NCBI GenBank assembly: GCA_012295275.1
Contig: CM022669.1
Location: 5,022,001-5,086,000 of the forward strand
DNA from: Chrysomallon squamiferum
Lineage: Eukaryota; Animalia; Mollusca
DNA length: 64,000 nucleotides
Direction of reading: 5' to 3'
A model generated the notes under the pieces. It was given only the letters and a program-made list of their open reading frames with translations, searched no databases and was not told the DNA's origin. The translations under genes and the position numbers were made by a program. Below, one piece after another: positions 53,175-64,000 of the stretch; within the stretch, counting starts at the first letter, position 1; every line of letters begins with the position of its first letter.

Positions 53175-54127
53175 TGTGTCTGAAAACAAAAGAAAAATAA
53201 TGAAGTAAAGAGCGCCATAACTGTCCACTTTATTCAGAATCTTTAATTATGTTTCGAATGGACAACACGAATGAATGTAGTTTGTGCCTGTGTGGATCTG
53301 CGCGCGTGCGTGCGTGCATAACTTGACTGGCAATATGTGTACATTAATTGTGGGTAATATAACTGTGATGATTACTTAGAAATCGCCTACTTAGCAATGA
53401 GCAAATATGTTCTCCGGAAGAATGGACAACGACAACAACAACAATAATAGTAGCAATAGCAGTAGTGGTAATATAATTAATAGAAATAGGCTTAGTACTA
53501 GTAGAAGCAGCTGTATTAATGGTAGTAACAGTAGTAATAGTAGTAATATTAATGGTGGTAATTGCAGTAACAAGACAAACTGAGACTACCAAAACCAGAT
53601 ATAATAATGCGATTAATAGTATTAGTACTGGTAATAGCAGTAGTAGCAATAGGGTGGTGGTGATGGTAGTAACAATAATAATGCACTAGTAGTAATTGAA
53701 GTAGTAGTAGCAGCAGTAATATTAATGGTAGCAGTATAGAAGTTTTGTAATGGTGGTAATAGCAGTAGTAGTAGTAGTAGAAGTAGTAATGGTAGTGGTA
53801 GTAATAGTAATAGTAAAAATAGTAATAGTAGTAGTAGTTGTAGTCGCGATGGTGGTGACAGCAGCAACGGCAGATATTACAGTAACACCACCAACAACGA
53901 TAACAGTAAAAATAATAATTATAATCTCCCTCCGTTCCTTATTATATAGCTATTTTATTTTTAGTTTACCTGCCAGATCGAAATCGTCGTCCATGTTTAT
54001 TGTTTTATCGATCTTCTATGGGCCCTAGAACAAAAATATTTTGGATAATAGTAGGTATGAAATAATTCGTTAGGTTGAGCCTCGGTAATGACTCAGAGCT
54101 TGTTATCTGTCTTTTCATCCTTACAGA

Positions 54128-54187
<60 letters not shown>

Positions 54188-54522
54188 GGTACTCGATCGT
54201 TTCTCCGGACACTGATAATCCAAAATGAATACGATATTTCCTAAATGAAAGTTTGTTATCTCTTTTCACTGAGTGTAGGTAATTAGATCGTGTTTTTATC
54301 AACAATCAGTATACTTTTAGATATATTCGTCGACAAAGAACTTAAAAGATTATTCGGATTAGGTCATGAAAAGGTCACATTATCCTATTTCCGTAGTGAA
54401 TAAGGACGCTTTAAGGCTAAATAGAGGAATTATTTGATTTTAACCTACCTTATCGTTATTATTATTATTATTATTACTGTTGTTGTTGGTTATTATTATT
54501 ATTATTATTACTGTTGTTGTTG

Positions 54523-54572
<50 letters not shown>

Positions 54573-55039
54573 ATACAAAAATGGTCATAATTATGTGGAG
54601 TAAATCGATGGGGCTCTTACGCTACCAAATTATTTTATTTACTTTTTTTATTATTTTAATTTTATTTTATTTTTAATCTTTATTTACTTTTTAATACCAC
54701 GACCCCCACCACGATCGACTCTTCTTCTTCTTCTTCTTTATAATAAAATGAAAGTGACATCCACAAGGATAACGTGCTTCCCCACCCACTCTTAGTGTTC
54801 CGTAAGTCGTGAAACACGAAACGACGGTAGAGTTAAAACTTCTGTTGCTTTTGTTATTAATAATACAACACAATAAACACACGGCTTTGGACTCTCTTTC
54901 CTAAACTGGTTTTTATTAAGGAGATTCGCTTTTATAACACAGTCGTTTAATTATATTAAAATATTTCGAAGAATATTCCGTGCGTGTTCGTAAAACTAAA
55001 ACAAATACACGTTACTAATATATCATGCAAATAATTTAT

Positions 55040-55258
55040 TATCTTACCTTAGCGCATAATTATAGTTGCAGGATCTGCATTAGTGGCCTTCGGCAAGAAT
55101 AAAAAGTGCAAGTCGAGCCGGATTTGGACATGACGAAAACGTAAATTACCACAAAGCTACAGAGGCCTTGTTTAGTATATATTTACAATTAATAACTTTT
55201 AACTATAAGAGGCCTTATTTGGTAGACGCTAAAAAAAGAAAATATTATTTGAAATATT

Positions 55259-55315
<57 letters not shown>

Positions 55316-56060
55316 GCGATGGCCTCTGGTAAATATTAGGAAAATTTAGCTGAAATTTTATTAAGAAAGACCTTAAAGAATTTATTTTTTGGTCCAATTA
55401 TACTGTTATTGTTGCTGTTGTTGTTGCTTTTCGTATAATTATTATTTCTGAATTCTAACATGACTGTTAAATAACTCTGACCGAATTTACCGCAAATTTA
55501 ACTGCCTAGAATAATTAACTGACGAAATATTAACCATGAAGACAACAAGTAAATAACAGCACAGAAGAAAATGAATAGCAAAAACGTAATAGTGACCAGA
55601 GGTCAATTCTTTTGATATAATTTATTACCGGCTAAAACCCTCACAGACTACGTCGCCATGTTCCCGACGTCTGCTTTAGTGACAGTCAAGCTTTTCGCCG
55701 CGCGTTTATGTCGTCTGCTTTTGTTGTATAATTTCGTGACCTTGATCGCCAGTTACAAAATATAAAACAGGATGTGAAACTTACCTTTCCGAGCAGGTTC
55801 AATCAATGTTCAGTACTCGCCAAATGACCGATACAGTTAAAAACATATAATATATCCCTCGAGATTAATAAAACTGTTTAACTGCTATGGTCAGCAGTGG
55901 GCGGTTATCTTGTTGACTGTACGATAAGAAAAGTATTGCGCCGTGATGACCTAAATAAGTGGCTGGTGTAAATCAACAAAGTTTTCCTGCTTCAAAAAAA
56001 AAAAAAAAAAAAAAAAAAAATAAAATAAAATAAAATTTATTAATGCGCTTACCTGAAGTG
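55040..56060 (-). promoter_or_regulatory. Likely promoter / 5' UTR exon region of the STRA6-like gene
   Basis: CpG-rich at ~55640-55950; minus-strand donor consensus (cttacc on +) at ~55044, ~55780 and ~56048; the coding exon has an acceptor 5 nt before the ATG. Confidence 0.4.
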
Positions 56061-56120
56061 TTCAAACAAGTTTATCCAGTTTATAATAATTTAACACTAA
56101 ATCTTATTCAGTGTTAAACA

Positions 56121-56206
<86 letters not shown>

Positions 56207-56924
56207 AACTGCTCTTCTGTCTTTCTTTCATTTTCTTTTCTTTAATTAGAACCAAATAATAAACCACTCATGCAATACCGGCTGGTGTAAAAAATTGTGT
56301 TGGTATATTTATATTTGAAGTATTTACGAACTAAGAATGAGAGAGAGATTTTTAAATATCTTTTTTTAATAAAACATTACCACGCATAAAGCATCATTTT
56401 TTCTTTCTTTTAAATGGGTTAACTGTGTCTCTACAAAAGAAACAATATTTATTATTACATATGAAAAACAATGTAATATTATTTTTCCCAGGAGTCCATA
56501 GGCCTGACATTAGCTTCAGTCAAGAGAAAAAAAAATGTCGTAAGCAGAATTTTTCAAAGCTTTTACCATAATGGTGCATAAAAGGGAACAAAAACCCAAA
56601 CTGACAACTTTCATTCAAAGTCAGTCAATTACAAGAAATTAATTAATCAATTTCTTTTTCTACAAATAATAAAAACTCTCATAACATGGAAATATTTGTG
56701 TATCCCTTTCAGTCAATAACCTTTAACGATAATGGTAACAATCACTTCTCTTTTTTTGGATTAAAACCCTTCCCCCAAAAGAGTGCCGCACGCCCATTTA
56801 AGGGGGACAACTCTTTTCCGACACGTAGAAAAAACGCGAAACACCTTTTGTAAAAAAAAAAGGCACGAAATGTTTTCTTGACGCGTACCTAAAATGCGAT
56901 CCTCCTTTCTCTCAGGGAGCAACT

Positions 56925-57077
56925 CTTTCCCCGCCCAATAAATCCCAGACACATTCTCTATCTGTGGAAAATTTCTTCCACTCGTGCAAAAAATCCAAAA
57001 CACATTTTTCATATGTTAAAACTTTATTCCCGCTCGCGCAAAAAAATTCCAAACTCATTTTCCATATGTGGAAAACG
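56925..57077. repeat. Three degenerate ~50 bp tandem repeats; contain the distal breakpoint of the unit-1 deletion
   Basis: Recurring ttcc(c/a)c...aaatcc..acacatt.tc..at.tgt(gg)aaa units. Confidence 0.5.
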
Positions 57078-58270
57078 TTTTATATCATCTTTCACCATTT
57101 TTCTTGTTTGTAATATCTGTAAAATAAAATGTTTTAAAATATTAATAACCTGAAGAAAAAACAGTCCTTTATTTATTATAATTATATTAATCTGATTAAA
57201 ATTTATTATTATTATTTTTTTTATTGTTTAAGCCTTTAAAGCCATGCTGAGTTTTTGTTATTACTGTAAACTGAATAATAATAATAATAATAATATATAA
57301 AAACATTCTGAAAAATAAAGAACTATCTCATTGTTAAGACAATATAAAAGTCTGAAACAAAAATTATATTTATTTACTGTTTATATCTTTAAATCCACTT
57401 ATTTCTTCCAGAATCGTTATTTGTCTTTCTGTAAATTAAAATAAATAATATACATTAATGAACTGTACCTTATTTTATGTCTATTAACTAAAAGAAATAA
57501 TAAATATTAACAGTCTGGAAAATTTTAAAAATAACAATTAATATTAATATTCTACAAAAAGAAGTTAAGAAAAATTTACATATAACATCAAAAACATCAA
57601 AAACAAAATGGTTGTTACAAAACTCTAAATTTATTTTCTGTCAAGTTATTTTCGTGGATTCATTCTTTTATTTATTTTTAAAATATAAACAATAAATAAA
57701 TAAATAAATAAATAAATAAATGTTAACAATCTAAAATAAAATATAATATTTTATTTATTAGTAAATAAAATATACTTAAAAAAAAGAGTTGAAATAACAC
57801 AAATGATTACTGTGCTACAATTGATTCTACCACTATTTATTTATTTAATATTGTCACGCTCTGTTTATGAATTATTATTATTATTATTATTATTATTACA
57901 TTTTCACTGAAAAAAAATGGATATGCAGTTCTACAGATCATACTGGAACCATTTCGTGTTGTGTACATTTATATTTAGATTTGAAAGTATCGATAAAATC
58001 ATAATTGTTTTTTCTATTTTTTTGTTTTTCTTTTTTAATTAATTACATTTCCTGATAAAATAATTTTTGACGCAATTTTAAACGGTTCACCAAAATAACT
58101 GAGATTTCCGATCTGAAAACTGAACCTGTTTTTTATTATTTGTTAGTCTTCAGAGAAACTGTTTCAAACAACTGAAATTTAAAAATAAATTTAAATTAGA
58201 ATTACTGTACTCCCTTTCTGGTGCTCAATATTGAAATCAGAACTGAGAGAGACTGAGAGAGAGAGAGAGA
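57060..58270 (+). repeat. Distal end of duplication unit 2, ending in a (GA)n tract; paralogous to 21618-22842
   Basis: Near-identical to 21618-22842; similarity ends in (GA)n at ~58245-58270. Confidence 0.93.
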
Positions 58271-58275
58271 TATCG

Positions 58276-58331
<56 letters not shown>

Positions 58332-58444
58332 TTATATGTGTGTGTGTGTGTGTGTATAGATATAGATATATATATATATATATATATATATTGATATCTT
58401 TGCCCTCTTCCAAAACTTTGCATAGCTGTTTGGCGCTCTTTCTC

Positions 58445-58464
58445 CAAAAGGTTGCCGACACCTG
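58445..58464 (+). mobile_element. hAT-like 3' terminus relic
   Basis: aaaaggttgccgacacctg resembles Charlie/hAT-type ends; no 5' end found. Confidence 0.3.
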
Positions 58465-58847
58465 GGTTATAACATCGTTTGTTTAACCAAAGACTAGAAC
58501 TCAAGTCATGCCTTTTAGGATTTTGAACCAGTCTCGGTGTTTGCTTTTGAAAATAAATAAGTAAATAACAATGCTATGAGACTAATGAAATAAAATATGC
58601 AGAATGAAATTTACATTTTTGCTTTGTCTGCTGGGAAACAGATTCAGTTTGTTGTTTTGTGATCGTATATAGTAGGTATCACTTCAGAAATGTATTAGTG
58701 AAGTGTTATTTTCAATAACTTGTTATATAAACATAAATCCAAATAAATTTACACCTCATAGAAATATATTGGTTCTTGGGTTTAATTAAAAAGACTGTTG
58801 TGATAACCTGAAGAGTTGATGATATTGCACTGAAATGTGAGAGATAA

Positions 58848-58950
<103 letters not shown>

Positions 58951-61304
58951 ATAAATAATATAAATAAATAAATAATAAAAACATAATTAAAAAAATAAAC
59001 AAAGATACGAGCAATAACTTTATTTTAATACTTTGTACAAACATATCACAGACAGAATACAGATAATGAGTACAGGCAAAAATAATTAAAACGCAGAGTA
59101 AGCGGCAAAATCCAGTCAAGACTCTGTTATCAAACATATGAAATTTCTAAACTGTAACTGCAGTTCATCAAGTAATAGTATAAACCAGTTCCATAAACCC
59201 TAAAAAACAATATTTTTAAAATAACCAACGATTGTCATCTATGATTTTTTAAATAAAACAGTTTCTGTAGCCTCATTAGCGAAAGCTAATGTTTACATAT
59301 TCGCACATTCAAAAAAATAATGATAATTTTTTTTTTTTTTAAATCCTTGAAAAGAACCCCTAAAACAAAACAACTTATTATTTTGTTCGAAATAATGTTA
59401 TAAAGATAAATACTAATATAATTAGTATTTTTTTTTTTTTTTTTTTTTATGATATTAAATTTTTGATTAAACCTTAGCATTTATTAATAAACTATTGCAT
59501 GAAACTGAATAATATAATATTCCACTAAATTTACTTGGAGTGCGTTACAAATAGGTGCTGGATTTCAGCTACATCCGTTGTTTAGAAGCGAATCATTTGA
59601 CAAAGTTATATTTACATTTGATCTAATTAGAATGTGAAATAGTTTTCAAATAACAAAAATAAATAAATAAATAAAAATAATAATAATAATAATAATGTAT
59701 AAATAAATAAATAAAGGAAACGTTAGTAGACTTATTTTACGAATGAAATAGAGAGAGCGAGAGAGAGAGAGAGAGAGATAAAAATAGGAAAAAATAATAA
59801 TTATATGTATTAAAAAGAACAAATTGAAGGTTCAGATAAAATGGGTATCTTTATGTAAAACCTGTTGAAAAGAAAAGAAATAACGAAGCAAGGGAAAAGG
59901 TACTGAAATGCAGATATATCTAAAATTATATTTGAGTTAAAGCTTTTTTTTCAGCGATATCTGACGTCTAAAACATTTAAAATAGTCTACACCAGTAACA
60001 CAGAGAATAAACAAGATATATCAAACATATTTTACAAATATACCCTATGATATACTGGATGCCCGTAAAAACAAGCTTTAAAGAAACTTAAAATAAATCT
60101 CAGTAAAGAATGGATTTAGATATTAAAACTTCTCGTAACTTTATTTCTTAGATACAATATTTCAAATAAGGCCTCTATAGGATTTTATGGCTAAGATATA
60201 TATCACCGTGTTTATATCGGGCCCAGGCAATATATAATTAGAAGAATATCAAAGTGGAAACAAGGCAACTGATTATAAATATATATCATAAAGATTAGAA
60301 TACTGTTAGTGTGCAACTACAATATGTAATACAGAAATCATAGATGTATTCAGCAGTTACCAAAAATATCAACATACAAAATTGTTATAAATAAGACATA
60401 GTGAAATTAACAAGAAGGTTATTATAATTTGTTATTATATGATAGAATGTTTTATATACAACTAACTTAAGTAATATAGATTTTACGATTTGAAATACAA
60501 TCAGCAGTTAAAGTATAAATTTCTACAATATGTAAAATGTAATAAAATAAAATTTATAATTTATAATAATAATTTAGAAAAAAAAAAAAAAAAATTAAAT
60601 AAAAAGCAAAATGAATAAAATAAGTAAATACATTAGTAAATAAAAGGAACTACACTTAATTTAAAAATTTGTATTTCAATGTTTTGTATGCCAGAAAGAA
60701 TAACCAGCAGCAAAATTTTAGTATTTAGAAATAATAACACAAGATACAAAAATAGAACAAAATATCGTTTAAAACATCAAACCCACACACACAAACAAAG
60801 ATATTTTAAAATATGTTTTACAATAAAACGTAGAACTATGAATCAGCGGTGCATTTCACAGATGTAATATTATCAGGTTTCAACCACAGTAAACAAAAAA
60901 ACTCAACATACAAAACTGCTGAGAAATGTCATGATTATGATTTCATATCACTTCATAAAAAAACAGACAATATGAACAAATAAACGATGTTACGCCACAA
61001 TGAATAATACAGAAACTGAAGATGCGCTCTATTTAAAAGATTAATTTTTATAACAGTAAAAGATACTGAACAATAAATAAAACGTGCATTATTTAAAATA
61101 TTAACTAACAGATAAATAAATAAGTGTGTTAATAAAAATATTCACAAATCTGTCAGACTTGTATTTCCAAGATTGAAGCTAATGCCTCTCGTCCTGATAT
61201 ATTTAAAAAAATGATTTTATCTTGTTTTCTACTCCGATCTCAGTATTGGCTTTATTCCATTATAAAAAAAAACGACACAACAATAAATATTAAATAAAAT
61301 GTAA

Positions 61305-61355
<51 letters not shown>

Positions 61356-61630
61356 AAATAAATAATAATAATAATAGTAACAATTCTATTATCACAATTT
61401 ATGCTTCCTCTATTACCCCTGTTTTAAGAAGCTGTTTGTATTTTAGAATAAAAGACGAAAATAATTTTAAAACAAAAAATATATAAAATATCAGCAGCAT
61501 TCAGGATCATGTTCACAATTAAAATTCGAAAAATGAAATGAAAAATAAATAAGTAAATAAATAAATAAATAAATAATTTTTTTTTAAAATGTCTTGGACG
61601 GATTTCTGAACTTGTAATAACAAATTACAA

Positions 61631-61688
<58 letters not shown>

Positions 61689-62253
61689 AACAACAATAAT
61701 AATAATAATAACTATATCTATTTTAATTAAATAAATAATGCTAATAATAATAATAACAATAACAATGATAATAATAATAATAACAAACAATTTAAAAAAA
61801 TGCCCTACTATGATATTTTTGTCAGCAAATTATTAGGCACATAGTAATAAAAATCTAGTAAAATAAAGTAATATAATATATATGTATATAGAACAATTTT
61901 TGTTTTCTCCCAAATATCACGCTCATTGTACATAAGAGAAAATGTATGTGAAGTCTAAACTAATATAATGGACGGTGGCAAATTTATACCTTTCTTTACA
62001 TGTGACCGTAAGTTATATAGCTTTTCCGATTCTAAATCCAGACCAACGTTAGAAAACAAAGTAAAACTATGATTTATTTTTTTTTCTTGTGTGATGCTTC
62101 ATCTTGTGATACTGGTACTTACTGTTTTGTCTGATAAACAAAATATTTCTAATATCAGGTTTGTTTATTTAATTTAGTTTTTTCTTAAAGTTTTTCAGTT
62201 TTGCTACTGTTATTTTCGTATTGTTATTGTTAATGCTATTGTTGTATTGCTGC

Positions 62254-62307
<54 letters not shown>

Positions 62308-62961
62308 ATTAATTTTGGTTTTATATAGTATGCATTTAATAAACTGTGCATAAATAAAATTTAGCCATTTTTTTTTTTTTCATTGTTCTCCTTCTAATTT
62401 CCCCTTCATCCCAGGTTAAGCATTCATTATCACAGTGAAGAAAGATAACTAGGTCGACTGTAAAGATTTTCTGTTATAAATGTAAAAAGTAAAAACTGAA
62501 AAATAAAACGAATTTGATCGTCAGCCGAAGTGACAAAAAATTATCAGTTTCGTTTTAAATTATGGGAAAAATCGTAAATGTCCATAAACATTATCAGCAG
62601 TAAAAGGATGTGAAAATAAGATCTCAGATAATTACAAAGATACAATAACAAAACGGTGGGTAACAAGATAATAATGAATAAGGCATGTTCAAAACGAGGC
62701 ACATTTGTGTCGTTCCAGAAGGAGCAGCAGCAGGAGCAGTTATCTCCCCTGGACACAACAGTCACTTCAGCGGGGTTTTAAACAAGCGACTTTTTCTTAT
62801 AAATGCTTTGAACACGAATGACCAAGCCAAAATGTATTCTCCGTATCAAAGAAATAACTGGATGATTATACGGTCTTTTTTTTTTTGTAACTTCATCCAT
62901 GGTTGCACTATATCAGTTTCGTTAATGTCGTTATTATTATTATTATGTAGGTTTAATGAGT

Positions 62962-63829
62962 TCAGTCGTCTGACTTGTCCAAAATTCCTAATTTCTCGCC
63001 GACCCATTTGCCTTTTGCTATAATCTCGTCTTGCATCAGTGAAAAACACATGGACAAGATCGCCATGCCAAACATCACGTAGAAGGAACCCAGGATGAGC
63101 TGCGCCTGCGCCTGGGGTTATCGAAATCAGTTCCGGGCACGACGTCACCGAAACCGATGGTGCTGAGGGTGATGAAGCAGAAGTAGGCGGACTGCAACCA
63201 GTCCCATCCCTCCCACAGACCGAACAGCACCGCACCGCCGAAAATGTAGCCGCCGATCACGATCATCGTAATCGTCAAAGGAACGGTGATTTTCTTTTCG
63301 TCGAAATCGTCATCGTCGTCGTCGCTGTCGTCGTCAAGTATTACTGGATCATTTTTCGTCGGAGGCCTGTTAAAAGCTTTGAGATCGAGGGGAACTATTT
63401 TCACCGTTTTACCCGAAGGGCTGGGCGCCCTGGAGCCGGACTTTGAGGAACTGGGACGAACCGTAGACGAGATGTTGTCGATATTCGTCTTCTTGTTATC
63501 GTTGGTGTCCGTGCTGCCTGTCGGCGACTTCGTGGGTATTCGTGTGAAATCGTCAGCGGGACTCCCGCCGATAATTCCGGATTTGTCCGTCTTCCAGGCT
63601 GGGTCCTGCGACTTCTGCATCGGCCTAATCTGAACAACTTTAGTGGTCTTCTTCTTCTTGCGACGGCAGCAACCACAGCAGCAGATCCTGGCATAGATGA
63701 ATCGAAAGATGTCGGCTAGCACGTCGCCGATGTTGGCGAGACAGAGCAGCATGAGTGGAATTCCTAGAACAGCGTACGCTATACAAACCAGTCGTCCCCA
63801 TACTGTCTTAGGGGCGATATGTCCGTAAC
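62962..63829 (-). CDS. Two-pore-domain (K2P/TWiK, KCNK18-like) potassium channel, last coding exon; apparent 1-nt deletion at 63114-63117
   Basis: P1 end [11 protein letters not shown]2 GIPLMLLCL, long TM2-TM3 loop, P2 [17 protein letters not shown]. Adding one C restores TM4 ([27 protein letters not shown]) and a stop at 62964-62962. Confidence 0.9.
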
Positions 63830-64000
63830 CTGAGTAAAAAGAAAATGAATAAATAAATAGCCATATGTATATGAATCTAATGTACAATTCAAGCTGAAGG
63901 ATAAACATACACTGTTCATAAACGTATCTGGTTAAATACAAAAGTCATTATGATTTTATATTCAAAGGGCAGCAGAATAAATTATCATTCAACAATGTGC

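Noticed and set aside
63286-63694. Overlapping alternative-frame and antisense ORFs in the K2P exon
   Set aside because: Expected shadow ORFs of a GC-richer coding exon.

Overview
AT-rich, microsatellite-rich, intron-containing animal DNA (probably a lophotrochozoan such as a mollusc; this is inference). Gene models were spliced by hand with phase checks. In order: the 3' end of gluconokinase (IDNK, +); an uncharacterised single-pass receptor-like gene (signal peptide, Cys-rich SUEL-lectin-like domain, CUB-like domain, TM, cytoplasmic tail; +); a complete 15-exon Janus kinase (~1170 aa, +); a frameshifted and truncated second copy of the receptor gene; a second JAK copy (+); a 17-exon STRA6-like gene (~663 aa, -); and the last exon of a two-pore (K2P/TWiK) potassium channel (-). 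The window records a recent ~35 kb tandem duplication with breakpoints in (GA)n microsatellites. The first unit then lost STRA6-like and the second unit lost the receptor, so only JAK remains in two copies. The JAK paralogues differ by 7 nonsynonymous and 0 synonymous changes clustered in the kinase beta3-alphaC region, and by their STAT (GAS) motifs. Two clear single-base homopolymer frameshifts (JAK copy 2, K2P channel) and one possible one (receptor tail) may be assembly errors.
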